From positions 256,001-320,000 of the forward strand of contig CAWBYW010000007.1 of the NCBI GenBank assembly GCA_963792965.1: DNA of 64,000 bases. The letters run 5' to 3'. Numbering within the stretch: position 1 is the first letter of the stretch; every line of letters begins with the position of its first letter. Position numbers and translations under genes: made by a program. The stretch comes from an uncultured delta proteobacterium. Lineage in GTDB: Bacteria; Desulfobacterota; Zymogenia; Zymogenales; Zymogenaceae. The notes below the pieces were generated by a model that was given only the letters and a program-made list of their open reading frames with translations, made no database searches and was not told where the DNA came from. This document shows positions 49,102 to 59,678 of the stretch, in pieces.

Positions 49102-51063
49102 TTACTTTATTTGAAACGAGAGATCAGCCCCCTTGACGGCCGATTGCTTTGCCGTCAAGTGGATGATCTGGGTCTTTGCGGAGAGCTCTTTAAGAATGGA
49201 CAGGACCGTCGATATCCTTCGGTCGTCAAAAAGGAGGAAGGGGTCGTCAAAAATGATCGGCAAGAGCCGCTTCTTTATGATCGAGCCGATCAGCGCGAAC
49301 TTGAGCGAGAAATACATGCTGTCCTTTGCGGCGGGCGACATGCTCTCCAGCCCCACCCGCATCAGGTTATCCCCCCTGAGAAACTTGATAACGCCGTCCT
49401 TGGTGATGCTCGAGCGCGCATAGTTGTTGTTGGACAGGCTCGGAATATTCTTGTCAAAGTTCTTCTGGAGCTCCCCGAGCGGCTCCATCTGCCCTTTCTG
49501 AACCAGCTCCGTCGCGATGGCGATGAGGCGGGAGAAGTGATCGTCCGGGAACCGGGAAGGTTTCCTGCCCGTCCCGAAGCTTTTTGGCGCGGCGGCCTTC
49601 CCGTCCTCGAATCTCGTGACCGCTATGCCCTTTTTCAGCAGTATCCCCTCGATCCGCTTGATCTCGTCCTTCATTTCCTGCTGTGTGTAGCCGAGGGCGC
49701 CGAGGGACTCGAGTTTTGCATCGAGCTCACCGATCCTTTTCTGAATCCCGGCCTCTTCACTGAGGAGCCCCTCGTAGTTCTGCTCCTTCACGAGGGTGGC
49801 GTATCGCTGCTCGAGGTTTCTTTTCTTTGCCTCCAGCTGCTCCACGCTGACGAGCTTTGCCCTTAGCTCCTCGACGTTGGACGTACCGAGGGTCCGCATG
49901 ACCTCCTTGAAGTCCTTGGTCTCCGATTCGAATTTCGCCTGAATCTGTCTCATCTCGGCGTCGGCCTCGCTCACGGTGGACCTGAGGTGCTGGATATAGT
50001 TCTGGGCGTTGATGAACTGCCACACCCCCCACGCGGCAACCCCCAAACCGAAGAGGATACCGAACTTGATGATCTGAAAGACGACGTCAATAATTTTCGC
50101 ATAACTGGGCGCGAGACCCGCTATGCTGCCTTGGAAGAAGGTCACGATGATGCATGCGAGGGCCACACCGACACCCGGCAGGAGGTATTTGTTTTCTTTG
50201 AGGCTCGGAAGACTCGCGTTCATCAGCTCGGCCTCGGCCTGTCCGCGCCGGCTCTTGATCTCATTGACTTGCGCGTCCCTCCGTCGCTCCGACTCAGTAT
50301 ATCGATCCATCCGGCTTTTGATCCCGGTGATGTCGCCGAGTGCCTTGGATCGATCGAAGAATTCATTGGCCTCGGTGAGTCTGCCCTCGATCTCTCTTAC
50401 CTCTTTCATCTTTGACTGTATCTCGTACAGTCTGCCGTTCTGTTCGTCAAGGTCCGCCTGTACCGTCTCCAGCTCCTTGCCCCGCGTCATCTCCTGCTTA
50501 AGGACCTCGAGTCGATCTTTAAGAAAGGCGGGATCCTCCTCGCCGCCGGCGTCCGATACACCTGAGCCCGACGCCGATGACGATGAGGTGGAAGAAGGTT
50601 TGGGGATCACACCGACGACGCCGAAGGGATTGGTGGAAGGGAGGTTTGTGAAATCGGAATAAAAAACACCCGAGAATATCTCTTCGTCGAAGAGACCCAG
50701 CTTCTCGGTCAGAAATTCGCTGATCTCTTTCTCATCTTTTGACACCAGCGCAAAGACCTTCTTGTCCGGAACGTAGCGGGCGAGGTTTGACAGCTTCTGT
50801 GAGAAATCACGCGTCAGGCGGTAGACGTCGTTTCCTTCTTTCAGCGTGACGTATGCGCGTGATGTCCCCGTGAGCTGCCAGTTGATGAAATCCGGGGCCT
50901 GGCTGTAAGCCGCCGGGAAAAAGACAGCCATGAGAGCCCGGGCAAGGGTGCTTTTCCCGGTCTCGTTGAGCCCCAGAATTACGGTGTATCCCTTGTGAAA
51001 GGAGAACTTGGTGGGTTGAGCAAACTTTCCCACACCCGCGATCACCAGGTCCAGCAGAATCAT
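49102..51063 (-). CDS. SMC/Rad50/YhaN-like coiled-coil ATPase with two internal TM segments
   Basis: Walker A GLNETGKST, long coiled coil, hydrophobic hairpin mid-protein, degenerate signature MSPAAKD, Walker B IIFDDPF..FD..R. Confidence 0.8.
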   Translation of the reverse strand: MILLDLVIAGVGKFAQPTKFSFHKGYTVILGLNETGKSTLARALMAVFFPAAYSQAPDFINWQLTGTSRAYVTLKEGNDVYRLTRDFSQKLSNLARYVPDKKVFALVSKDEKEISEFLTEKLGLFDEEIFSGVFYSDFTNLPSTNPFGVVGVIPKPSSTSSSSASGSGVSDAGGEEDPAFLKDRLEVLKQEMTRGKELETVQADLDEQNGRLYEIQSKMKEVREIEGRLTEANEFFDRSKALGDITGIKSRMDRYTESERRRDAQVNEIKSRRGQAEAELMNASLPSLKENKYLLPGVGVALACIIVTFFQGSIAGLAPSYAKIIDVVFQIIKFGILFGLGVAAWGVWQFINAQNYIQHLRSTVSEADAEMRQIQAKFESETKDFKEVMRTLGTSNVEELRAKLVSVEQLEAKKRNLEQRYATLVKEQNYEGLLSEEAGIQKRIGELDAKLESLGALGYTQQEMKDEIKRIEGILLKKGIAVTRFEDGKAAAPKSFGTGRKPSRFPDDHFSRLIAIATELVQKGQMEPLGELQKNFDKNIPSLSNNNYARSSITKDGVIKFLRGDNLMRVGLESMSPAAKDSMYFSLKFALIGSIIKKRLLPIIFDDPFLLFDDRRISTVLSILKELSAKTQIIHLTAKQSAVKGADLSFQIK

Positions 51064-51099
51064 GGGGACGACCTTTTTTCTCAGTAGGTGGATGAAGAA

Positions 51100-51447
51100 T
51101 TAGAAGTTCTTCAGCTCTTTGATCCTGGCGGCTTTGCCTTTCCTCTTCCTGAGATAATAGAGACGAGCCCTGCGAACGCTCCCTCTCTGTACCACGTCGA
51201 TCTTCTCGATGATCGGAGAATGAAGGGGGAATATGCGCTCCACCCCGACACCGTATGATATCTTCCTGACGGTAAACGCCGAACGGGTGTAGCCTTTCTT
51301 CTTCTTTATAACCGTCCCCTCAAAGACCTGAATTCGCTCTTTTTCACCCTCTTTGATCTTGACGTGAACCTTCACGGTATCCCCAACACCGAAGCGTGGG
51401 ATGTCCATCCGCATCTGTTCTTTTTCGACCATCTCCAACTGATTCAT
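51100..51447 (-). CDS. rplS: 50S ribosomal protein L19
   Basis: [43 protein letters not shown]. Confidence 0.98.
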   Translation of the reverse strand: MNQLEMVEKEQMRMDIPRFGVGDTVKVHVKIKEGEKERIQVFEGTVIKKKKGYTRSAFTVRKISYGVGVERIFPLHSPIIEKIDVVQRGSVRRARLYYLRKRKGKAARIKELKNF

Positions 51448-52025
51448 GAAACACTCCTGTCCGTATCTTTTTCACCCCTGAGTCTATCCAGCACTATAGC
51501 TGCGGCCGAACGAACCGAAAGGTGCTGATAGGGTCCTGTCCCTTTTATCGGTTCGACCATGTACGCACACGTTTCCTTGAGCTCCTGGGCCATCCCCCAG
51601 CCCGTGCCGAAGAGCAGTAAGACGGGCGAGGGATCTTCTTCTAACATCCTCCTGAGCCTGCCGTAGCTCAGGGTCTCTTGGCCGGCCCTGGCAGACGTAC
51701 CGACGATCGCGGGCTGCCTGCCGGTAACCCCCACGATCACCTCTACGGCACCCGTCAGGCTCTCCACCACAGAGACAACGGCCAGCGCCTCGGCCCGGTC
51801 GGGGTTGTATGACATGCCGTATCCGACCATCCAGTGGTCGATGATCCGCTGCGCCAGTCTCCTCTGGGACCGCATCGGGTTAATGATGAAATAACGCGAG
51901 ACCCCGAAGGTCTTTGCGGTCCTGGCGATATCATGAATATCTAAATTCGCCACCGACGTGGCGACCACCTCGCCCCGCTTATTCAATGCCGGATAATGTA
52001 CCAACCCGAGGAATAGTTCGCCCAC
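51444..52025 (-). CDS. SPOUT RNA methyltransferase (Tm1570-like, TrmD-associated)
   Basis: [41 protein letters not shown]. Confidence 0.85.
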   Translation of the reverse strand: MGELFLGLVHYPALNKRGEVVATSVANLDIHDIARTAKTFGVSRYFIINPMRSQRRLAQRIIDHWMVGYGMSYNPDRAEALAVVSVVESLTGAVEVIVGVTGRQPAIVGTSARAGQETLSYGRLRRMLEEDPSPVLLLFGTGWGMAQELKETCAYMVEPIKGTGPYQHLSVRSAAAIVLDRLRGEKDTDRSVS

Positions 52026-52186
52026 CGTTCATCCTTCATTGTCTCTCAACCGTCTCTTTCTTCGGCCTCCTTCCGTCTCGAGGCTGTATATCCTGATAAC
52101 CCGGACTATTTCCGCCGCAGTCCTTTTTCCACTGCCGCCAACCCTACGTCTCGACATGATAGGGCTCACCAGCGACGAGGATATCT

Positions 52187-52936
52187 CTACCGCCTTCTCT
52201 TCCCCCCCTCTTTTCTTACCCCCCCGACGGCCTCTTTTTCCCGATCTGACAATACCTCGAGGTCCAACAGGTCGGGCCTCCGCTTGAGCGTCCTGTCGAT
52301 TGACTGGGCGCGTCTCCATTCTTCGATTTTCTTATGATCGCCGGAGACGAGCACCCGGGGGACCGACATGCCGAGGTAATCCTGTGGACGAGTGTACTGC
52401 GGATACTTGAGGAATCTCCCGAAAAACGTATCCCCCGACACCGATTCTTCGTTGCCTACCACCCCTGGGATCTGGCGGGAAACGGCCTCGATGATCACAA
52501 GCGCCGCCGCTTCTCCGCCCGACAGAACGTAGTCTCCGATCGAGATTTCTTCGTCCACGAGACGAAGGGAGACCCGTTCGTCGACTCCCTCGTATCTGCC
52601 GCAGATAAAGGCCACATGCGGGAGTGAGGCCATCCTCTTGGCCGTCTCCTGAGTAAACCGCTCTCCCTGCGGGGATAACAGGATAATTCTCGGCCTCAGA
52701 CCTCCGTTGCGAATGTCGCGCACCGCACGAAATATCGGTTCGGGCTTCATTACCATTCCGGCCCCTCCCCCGAACGGGGAATCATCCACCTGACTGTGTC
52801 GATTGGCCGAGAACCGTCTGATATCCACCAGACGGACGGTGAGAAGCCCCCCGTCCAATGCTTTCTTTATAATGCCGACCGAAAACGGCGATTGAAAGAA
52901 CTCAGGGAAAATAGTTACTATATCAATGCGTATCAT
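52187..52936 (-). CDS. trmD: tRNA m1G37 methyltransferase
   Basis: TIFPE, VDD.PFGGGAGMVMK, LSPQG, CGRYEGVDER, SIGDYVLSGGE, PQYTRP. Confidence 0.97.
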   Translation of the reverse strand: MIRIDIVTIFPEFFQSPFSVGIIKKALDGGLLTVRLVDIRRFSANRHSQVDDSPFGGGAGMVMKPEPIFRAVRDIRNGGLRPRIILLSPQGERFTQETAKRMASLPHVAFICGRYEGVDERVSLRLVDEEISIGDYVLSGGEAAALVIIEAVSRQIPGVVGNEESVSGDTFFGRFLKYPQYTRPQDYLGMSVPRVLVSGDHKKIEEWRRAQSIDRTLKRRPDLLDLEVLSDREKEAVGGVRKEGGKRRR

Positions 52937-53447
52937 CAGATACCGGCCCCGAAAAGGGCTCGATAATCATCTTGTTGTCCGGGACGTTGACCTCCCGTAT
53001 TGCATCGAAGGTCCCTGGGATCAAGATCTCATCGCCCTTTTCCCCTTTTACGACATAGACGTCATTGGAGCCCGTGGGAAGAATGGATGTTATCACTCCA
53101 TAATAGTTCCCCGATGCATCGTATACTTCCATACCCAAAAGGTCATGCCAATAGAATTCTCCATCCTGCGCCTCAGGGAGGTCGACTCGATCCACAACGA
53201 CCCGGCACCCCACCAACTCCTCGGCCTCTTCTCTCGTATGTAACCCCGTGATCTTCAGGGTTATCAGTTTGCCCATTGCGCTGGCATTTTCCACCGTGAC
53301 GGAGAACCGCCTGTCATCAGTGGACACCAGCGTGAGCCTCTTGGAATCGGTGAAGCTCTCCGGCGAATCGGCGTAGCTCTTAACCTTAACCGCCCCATTG
53401 AGCCCATGGGGCTTAATGATCATGCCCAGGACGATATCGCCTTTCAT
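52923..53447 (-). CDS. rimM: Ribosome maturation factor RimM
   Basis: PHGLNG, EFYWHDLLG, TGSNDVYVV; operon context. Confidence 0.93.
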   Translation of the reverse strand: MKGDIVLGMIIKPHGLNGAVKVKSYADSPESFTDSKRLTLVSTDDRRFSVTVENASAMGKLITLKITGLHTREEAEELVGCRVVVDRVDLPEAQDGEFYWHDLLGMEVYDASGNYYGVITSILPTGSNDVYVVKGEKGDEILIPGTFDAIREVNVPDNKMIIEPFSGPVSDDTH

Positions 53448-53448
53448 C

Positions 53449-53688
53449 CTACTCGATGATTTCCAGCACCGCCCGTTTATTGATCTTTGTAGACGCGGCT
53501 GAGAGAATGGTCCTCATGGCCCGCGCTGTTCGGCCCTGTTTACCGATTACCTTCCCGAGGTCTTCCTTGGCGACTTTCAGCTCGATCACAGAGGTTTGTT
53601 CGCCTTCTACTTCGGTTACTTCCACCTTATCGGGGTTGTCAACGAGGGCCTGCGCAATGTATTTTATGAGCTCTTTCATAGCCATCAT
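53449..53688 (-). CDS. khpA: KH-domain RNA-binding protein
   Basis: [26 protein letters not shown]. Confidence 0.92.
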   Translation of the reverse strand: MMAMKELIKYIAQALVDNPDKVEVTEVEGEQTSVIELKVAKEDLGKVIGKQGRTARAMRTILSAASTKINKRAVLEIIE

Positions 53689-53736
53689 AGCATTACCTCC
53701 AGTGTCAGCCTCACTTCAATTGAAAACTCACGACGA

Positions 53737-54000
53737 TTACTCGGGTTTCTTTCCATTGGCCGAGATCCCCTTAGTCTTGAGGAGGTTCTTGACGGTGCCG
53801 GTAACCTGGGCGCCCTTACTGAGCCACTCCCGGATCTTATCCTCCTTGACCGTAACCGTGGCCGGTTCGGTCAGGGGATTATAGGTCCCCACGATCTCCA
53901 AGAAACGGCCTTCCCTCGGTGCTTCACTGTTTGCCACGACGATTCTGTAAAACGGCTTCTTTTTCGCGCCGGCTCGCTGCAATCTTATCTTGACAGGCAT
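53737..54000 (-). CDS. rpsP: 30S ribosomal protein S16
   Basis: [31 protein letters not shown]. Confidence 0.97.
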   Translation of the reverse strand: MPVKIRLQRAGAKKKPFYRIVVANSEAPREGRFLEIVGTYNPLTEPATVTVKEDKIREWLSKGAQVTGTVKNLLKTKGISANGKKPE

Positions 54001-54018
54001 GCTTCTTCTCTCACCCCC

Positions 54019-55356
54019 TTACATGGGGAAGGGGAGGCTTCCCCTTCCGAATTTCTTTAATCCGCCTTGTGATATCTTCTTCAACATCTTGCGCGCGGCG
54101 GCATACTTTTTCAGGAGCTTGTTGACGTCTTCAACCCTCGTACCGCTCCCCGACGCGATCCTTTTTCTCCTGCTGCCGTTGATGATCGCGTGGTTTGCCC
54201 GCTCTTTCCTGGTCATGGAGTTGATAATCGCCTCAACCTTTCGCAGCTCTGTCTCCGCCTCGCGTAAATCGACCTGCTTGGACAATCCCTTCGCCCCCGG
54301 AATCATCCCGAGGACACTGTCGAGGGATCCAAGCTTCTTGAAGCTCTTTATCTGGTCTAGGAAATCATCAAGGGTAAAGTCACCCTTTCTGACCTTCTTC
54401 TCTATCTCCCGCGCTTTCTTCTCGTCGACCGCGCCCTGGGCCTTTTCCACCAGTCCGACGATATCCCCCATGCCAAGGATCCTGCCGGCCATCCGTGTCG
54501 GCTCGAAGGGGACCAGATCCTCGAGCTTTTCTCCCACACCCGCAAATTTTATCGGGGCTCCGGAGACGGCTTTGATGGAGAGTGCGGCCCCTCCCCGCGT
54601 ATCGCCGTCGAGCTTGCTCAGGATTACCCCGGTGAGCCCGAGGGTTTCGTGAAACCTCTGGGCGACGTTGATCGCGTCCTGCCCCGACATCGAGTCGGCC
54701 ACCAACAACACCTCGCGCGGGGCAATGGCCTTCTTGAGACGGGAAAGCTCTTCCATCAAATCTTCTTCGACGGTAAGCCGACCCGCCGTATCGAGGATAA
54801 CAACACCGATCCCCTTCTTTGCGGCCAGGCTGAGGGCGTCCGCACAGATCCTCAGTGGGTCGTTTTCGCTGCTGTTTGAAAATACCTCGACGCCGAGCCT
54901 CTCCCCGATTGACAGCAGTTGCTCCCGCGCCGCTGGCCGCCGCGTGTCTGCCGCCACGAGGAGCGACTTCTTGTTCTTCTTAGTCAGGAACAGACCGAGC
55001 TTACCCGCCGTTGTCGTCTTTCCCGAGCCGACAAGTCCCACCAGCATGATCGTGATGGGGGTCGGTCCGGAAAGGGAGAGTCCTTCCCCCTCGGCCCCGA
55101 GAAGCTCCACGAGCTCGTCGTGGACGATCTTAATAAACTGCTGACCGGGGGTTACCCGCGCGGTTACCTCAGTCCCGACGGCCTTTTCCTTGACCGAGGC
55201 CACGAAGGATTTAACAACCTTGAAGTTGACGTCGGCCTCAAGCAACGCCATACGGATATCTCTCAGGGCGTCGGAGATATTGGCCTCCGACAATCGGGCG
55301 CGCCCTCGCACATTTGCGAAGATGGCGTTGAATTTATCGGCGATGCCGTCAAACAA
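54019..55356 (-). CDS. ffh: Signal recognition particle protein
   Basis: ALLEADV, GSGKTTT, DTAGRL, KLDGDTRGG, RILGMGD, AIINSMT, SRRKRIA; TTG start. Confidence 0.97.
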   Translation of the reverse strand: MFDGIADKFNAIFANVRGRARLSEANISDALRDIRMALLEADVNFKVVKSFVASVKEKAVGTEVTARVTPGQQFIKIVHDELVELLGAEGEGLSLSGPTPITIMLVGLVGSGKTTTAGKLGLFLTKKNKKSLLVAADTRRPAAREQLLSIGERLGVEVFSNSSENDPLRICADALSLAAKKGIGVVILDTAGRLTVEEDLMEELSRLKKAIAPREVLLVADSMSGQDAINVAQRFHETLGLTGVILSKLDGDTRGGAALSIKAVSGAPIKFAGVGEKLEDLVPFEPTRMAGRILGMGDIVGLVEKAQGAVDEKKAREIEKKVRKGDFTLDDFLDQIKSFKKLGSLDSVLGMIPGAKGLSKQVDLREAETELRKVEAIINSMTRKERANHAIINGSRRKRIASGSGTRVEDVNKLLKKYAAARKMLKKISQGGLKKFGRGSLPFPM

Positions 55357-55449
55357 TAAAGCACCTCAAGTCATATAACCCCTTTTTATTACATATAACA
55401 AATTTATGCTTTTGTCAAGAACATGTTTTTTTGTTCATGCATATCGTCG

Positions 55450-56130
55450 CTACGCCCCGGCACGGTCCTGTTTCACGCCGGCGGAGCCGGATTTTCCTTC
55501 CATTCCGAAAATATAGGACGCGATGAGGAGAAAGTAAAAGAGCGGCACCACGACGAAGAGATGGCCGAATTTTACTGAGATGACCAGAAGCATGAACGCA
55601 ATAAACAAGAGGGCAATCATCCAAACAAAGAAGGACCTGACGGCATAGGTCGTGGCCGTGTCCCGTATCGTGATGAGGACATCCTCAAACCTGAGTGCCT
55701 CACGGAAGCCGCCTCCTGATCTTATCATAAAGATCAGTGCCATCGGCACGACAAAGACCGACGAGAGGAAAAAAATTGAGCTCAAAACAAGAAAGAGAAA
55801 TCCGATGTTGACCGCGATGACGTGAGGTATGACGAGGATAAAGAAGAGACCGATGGCCAGCGGCACCATAAACGCGAGGCCGTAGACGATCATTACCACC
55901 GCCGCCTTGATCCCCTCGACGAAGAGGCCGATGAGGTCCTCCCAACGTGGGACTTCGTCATCGCCGGCCGAGACCCCCTGCATGCTCTTGATAACGTACC
56001 CGAGCGCGACAAGACTTCCGAACAGCGGAATAAGGCTTACCACGCACCCAAGCAGAAAGCGCTTCGGAAATCGTTCCCCCTTAAAGGGGTACTTAAATGC
56101 CTCGATTATCTCGGTCTTCATCTCTCTCAA
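55450..56130 (-). CDS. DUF4013-like membrane protein
   Basis: AFKYPF, LGY, P.W......F..G.K, multiple TM helices. Confidence 0.75.
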   Translation of the reverse strand: MREMKTEIIEAFKYPFKGERFPKRFLLGCVVSLIPLFGSLVALGYVIKSMQGVSAGDDEVPRWEDLIGLFVEGIKAAVVMIVYGLAFMVPLAIGLFFILVIPHVIAVNIGFLFLVLSSIFFLSSVFVVPMALIFMIRSGGGFREALRFEDVLITIRDTATTYAVRSFFVWMIALLFIAFMLLVISVKFGHLFVVVPLFYFLLIASYIFGMEGKSGSAGVKQDRAGA

Positions 56131-56375
56131 TAGTAAAGAGGCCGGCCCTCGCCATGTGTAATGCCGACCTCTCTCGTGTAGGTGTACCTTTGATTTACGC
56201 CGGTTGTTGGCCTCCGCGCGCCGGATGACGGGCCGTTGCTTTCGGACGGCTTATCCGCCTTCTTCCACATCGTGCACCCGTCTACCCCGTCCCCTTTTGA
56301 TCGTTGCTCAACGCATTCTTATAAAAATACCGATCCCTCGTCTAATTGTCAAGGTAAAAAACTCTTCTTATCGTC

Positions 56376-56825
56376 CTACAACGAATAGAGCTTCTTCTCC
56401 GAAATCAGGTGCACCCAGTTTTTGGTAAGTATCTGGATCGTTTCGTCGATCTTGTCCACGCCGACGATAAGAATCGCGTTATCCTTGATCCTGCCGATGT
56501 ACGGGTACAGGTAATGGACGTTGATCTCGGCATCCCTCAGCGGTCTGAGTACCGCGTTAAGTCCACCGGGGTGGTCCGGGGTTTCGACCGCCAGGACATC
56601 CCGTTGCCTGATGTTATAGCCCTTGCTTTCAAGAACAAGCACCGCTTTGGCGGGATCATCGGCGATCATCCTGACGGTCGTCAGATCGGACGTGTCGGCC
56701 ACCGTTATCGCCCGGATATTTATCCCCTCGGCGCCGAGAACATCCGACAGACCCGAGAGCTTGCCCGGGATATTCTCCAGGACCACCGAAAGCTGCTTAA
56801 TCCTCATATTCTTCGTCATCGTCAT
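56376..56825 (-). CDS. ACT-domain protein
   Basis: QLSV.LEN.PG.L, GINIRA, PDHPGGL, INVHYLY. Confidence 0.9.
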   Translation of the reverse strand: MTMTKNMRIKQLSVVLENIPGKLSGLSDVLGAEGINIRAITVADTSDLTTVRMIADDPAKAVLVLESKGYNIRQRDVLAVETPDHPGGLNAVLRPLRDAEINVHYLYPYIGRIKDNAILIVGVDKIDETIQILTKNWVHLISEKKLYSL

Positions 56826-56832
56826 CTTCCCG

Positions 56833-57363
56833 CTACAGGATATCGTATCCGATTTTAAGGGCCTTCGCGTTCATCTCTATGACTTTTTTCTTCCCTTCGA
56901 AGATCTCCTCGAGGCCCGCGATCACGTTTTTGATGTCGACGAGGTTGGTGACCCTCACGAAGGCTCCGAGCATCACCATGTTGGCCGTTCGCAAATCGCC
57001 GGTCTCTTCCGCAAGCCTTCCGGCATCGACCTTGACAACCTCGATGTCTTTTCTCACCGGTGGCTCGTCGATCATCGTCGAGTTCACAAAAAGGATCCCG
57101 CCGGACTGAAGTCTGTTTTGAAACGCCGAAAGCGACGGCTTGTTCATCACCACCGCGTATTCGGGAGAAGACGCGATGGGGGAGGCAATTTCCTCGTCGG
57201 ATATCGCCACCGTGCAGTTGGCCGTCCCGCCCCGCACCTCGGCTCCGTACGACGGAAGGTAGGTAACTTCTTTATCCTCCATCATGGAGGCGACCGCAAA
57301 CGCATACCCCATCATCAGGACGCCCTGGCCGCCGAATCCCGAGAAGACCGTTTTAATCAGCAC
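56833..57363 (-). CDS. 2-oxoacid:ferredoxin oxidoreductase gamma subunit (Vor/Kor type)
   Basis: GFGGQGV, PSYGAEVRGGTANC, ANMVMLGA. Confidence 0.92.
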   Translation of the reverse strand: MLIKTVFSGFGGQGVLMMGYAFAVASMMEDKEVTYLPSYGAEVRGGTANCTVAISDEEIASPIASSPEYAVVMNKPSLSAFQNRLQSGGILFVNSTMIDEPPVRKDIEVVKVDAGRLAEETGDLRTANMVMLGAFVRVTNLVDIKNVIAGLEEIFEGKKKVIEMNAKALKIGYDIL

Positions 57364-58126
57364 AGGCGACCTCCCTTCTCTGGACCTCTTTTGTCATGTC
57401 CTTGATGACACCGATCGGATATTGTTTGCTCATCACTTCATCGATCCACTTACACGCGTCCAGCGCACTCATCTTCCAGTTGGTGGGACAGGGGGAAAGG
57501 ACCTCCACGAGGGAATAGCCGAGATTATCGAGCTGGACCTTGAAGGCCTTCTTGATCGCCTTCTTAGTCGCCCGGATTCCCGCCACCGAGCTCACCGTCG
57601 TTCGCTCGATGTAAACCGTCCCGGGGATGAGCGCGAGCATCTCGCTAATCTTCAGGGGTGTCCCCTCGCGCACGGCGTCCCTGCCGAACGGCGAGGTGGT
57701 GGTCTTTTGACCGAGGATCGTGGTGGGGGCCATCTGGCCTCCGGTCATCCCGTAGACGGCGTTGTTCATAAAGATGGTGGTGATCCGCTCGCCGCGGTTT
57801 GCGGCATGGATCGTCTCGGCGGTGCCGATGGCGGCGAGGTCGCCGTCCCCCTGATACGCGAAGACCAGACGATCGGGAAGCACCCGCTTGATCCCGGTCG
57901 CCACCGCACCGGCCCTGCCGTGGGCGGATTCCGTCGTATCCACGTCGAGGTAGTTATAGGTCAGTACCGCGCATCCCGCCGGCGGGACACAGATTGTAGA
58001 CTCGCGTATGTCCATTTCTTCGATGATCTCTGCGATCAGTTTGGTCACGATGCTGTGGCCGCAGCCCGGGCAGTAGTGCATGGGCACGGGCTTCAGGTAC
58101 TTCGGGCGAGCGTAAACCTTTTTCAT
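57353..58126 (-). CDS. 2-oxoacid:ferredoxin oxidoreductase beta subunit (Vor/Kor type)
   Basis: HYCPGCGH, HGRA, YQGDGDLAAIG, YGMTGGQMAPT, CPTNW. Confidence 0.92.
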   Translation of the reverse strand: MKKVYARPKYLKPVPMHYCPGCGHSIVTKLIAEIIEEMDIRESTICVPPAGCAVLTYNYLDVDTTESAHGRAGAVATGIKRVLPDRLVFAYQGDGDLAAIGTAETIHAANRGERITTIFMNNAVYGMTGGQMAPTTILGQKTTTSPFGRDAVREGTPLKISEMLALIPGTVYIERTTVSSVAGIRATKKAIKKAFKVQLDNLGYSLVEVLSPCPTNWKMSALDACKWIDEVMSKQYPIGVIKDMTKEVQRREVACAD

Positions 58127-59202
58127 TTGACCAATCCCTTCTGATAGTACTGCCGGGTGATGAGCCGCTGCACCTCTATAGGCGTCGGCACGACGCCGCC
58201 CGGACGGCCGTAGAAATAGATCTCGGATTCACCGTTCAGGGAAAGCCTCACGTCCTCAACCATCTGCCCCGCGCTCATCTCGAATACAAAGAAGAGAGAG
58301 ACGGCCCCGGCCCGCCTGCTAATCGCCTCGGCGGGAAACGGCCAGAGGGTGATCGGACGGATCAGCCCCACACGCATTCCCTCGCTTCGGACCCTTTTCA
58401 CCGCCCCCTTGGCGATGCGCGCCGCCGTACCGTAGGCGACGACCGCCACTTTGGCGTCTTCCATCATGAACTCTTCAAACTTGACCTCGTTTTTTTCGAT
58501 ATTCTGGTATTTGCGAGAGAGCTTCCAGTTATGTTCCTCCATCTCGTGGGGATTGAGGATGAGGGACTTGACGATCCGGGAGGGCCTTCCCTTGGCCCCG
58601 TCGAGCACATAATCCTTCTTGGGAACCTCCCGAGGCTTGTAGTTATCATAGGTCACCGGCTCCATCATCTGGCCGAGCATTCCGTCGGCAAGGATGATAA
58701 CGGGGTTTCGGTATATGTCGGCCACGTCAAAGGCTTCCATCGTCAGATCGGCGATTTCCTGGCAGGAAGCCGGCCCGTATACGATCGATCGGTAGTCTCC
58801 ATGTCCTCCGCCCCTGGTCGCCTGGAAGTAGTCCGACTGGGCAGGCGAGATGTTACCAAGGCCCGGGCCTCCCCTGGCCATGTTGACAATCACGCAGGGA
58901 AGCTCACAACCGGCCAAAAACGAGATGCCCTCCTGCTTGAGGCTGATGCCGGGGCTCGACGATGAGGTCATCACCCGGGCCCCGGCCACCGCGGCACCGA
59001 GGGCCATATTGATCGCCGAAATCTCGCTTTCCGACTGGATAAAGGTGTGGCCCAGTTCGACGAGTCGCCGCGCCATATATTCGGGAAGCTGATTCTGGGG
59101 AGTAATCGGGTACCCGAAATAGCAGGTGCACCCCGCCCTGATGGCGGCTTCCCCAACGACGGCGTTTCCCCGCATCAGTTTCTTATTTTGATTTCTCGTC
59201 AC
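58123..59202 (-). CDS. vorB: 3-methyl-2-oxobutanoate/2-oxoacid oxidoreductase alpha subunit (VorB-like)
   Basis: FGYPITPQ, QSESE, TSSSSPGISLKQE, RGGPGLG, SDYFQATRGGGHGD; start is GTG 59202 or ATG 59175. Confidence 0.88.
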   Translation of the reverse strand: MTRNQNKKLMRGNAVVGEAAIRAGCTCYFGYPITPQNQLPEYMARRLVELGHTFIQSESEISAINMALGAAVAGARVMTSSSSPGISLKQEGISFLAGCELPCVIVNMARGGPGLGNISPAQSDYFQATRGGGHGDYRSIVYGPASCQEIADLTMEAFDVADIYRNPVIILADGMLGQMMEPVTYDNYKPREVPKKDYVLDGAKGRPSRIVKSLILNPHEMEEHNWKLSRKYQNIEKNEVKFEEFMMEDAKVAVVAYGTAARIAKGAVKRVRSEGMRVGLIRPITLWPFPAEAISRRAGAVSLFFVFEMSAGQMVEDVRLSLNGESEIYFYGRPGGVVPTPIEVQRLITRQYYQKGLVK

Positions 59203-59422
59203 GGTATACCTCAACGGCCGCCTCGGGGCAAGATATCGCGCAGAGGGTACAGGCGGTGCATTCCCCTTCTCGCGAGGCGTCATACTCGGCGGGATAATAC
59301 CCCTTTCCGTTAAGTCTCTTCGCCTCGGTTATCAACTCATTGGGGCAGGCCCTGACGCAGTAGAGACACCCCTTGCACATCTCGCTGTCTATGACGATTT
59401 TCCCCTTCATGGCAGAATCCAC
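59183..59422 (-). CDS. Ferredoxin (delta) subunit
   Basis: CKGCLYCVRACP, LNGKGYYP, CTACTLCAISCPE. Confidence 0.9.
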   Translation of the reverse strand: MDSAMKGKIVIDSEMCKGCLYCVRACPNELITEAKRLNGKGYYPAEYDASREGECTACTLCAISCPEAAVEVYRDEKSK

Positions 59423-59678
59423 AAAAATATTAAAACTATATTATAGGTGATTTTGACTAATCATGTCAAGATTTTTTACCTTTAAGGTTTCATCTTTTTT
59501 GCCCCGCTCGACCGGTCCCCTTCCTCCGGGCCGTTAGCTCCCGACTCCTTGTCTTTCACGGCCATCCCGCCCAACCGTTTAATATATGTCGCCGAACCGG
59601 GCTTCGGCACTTGATTTTCCTTCTCGCATATACTATTATTTACTTAATCATGATTCCCTTACGGAAGGAGAGCGCGCC

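Noticed and set aside
52026-52319. TrmD-Tm1570 fusion broken by G-run errors or TGA readthrough
   Set aside because: It would need two indels plus readthrough; the downstream gene has its own SD and GTG; cannot be supported without reads
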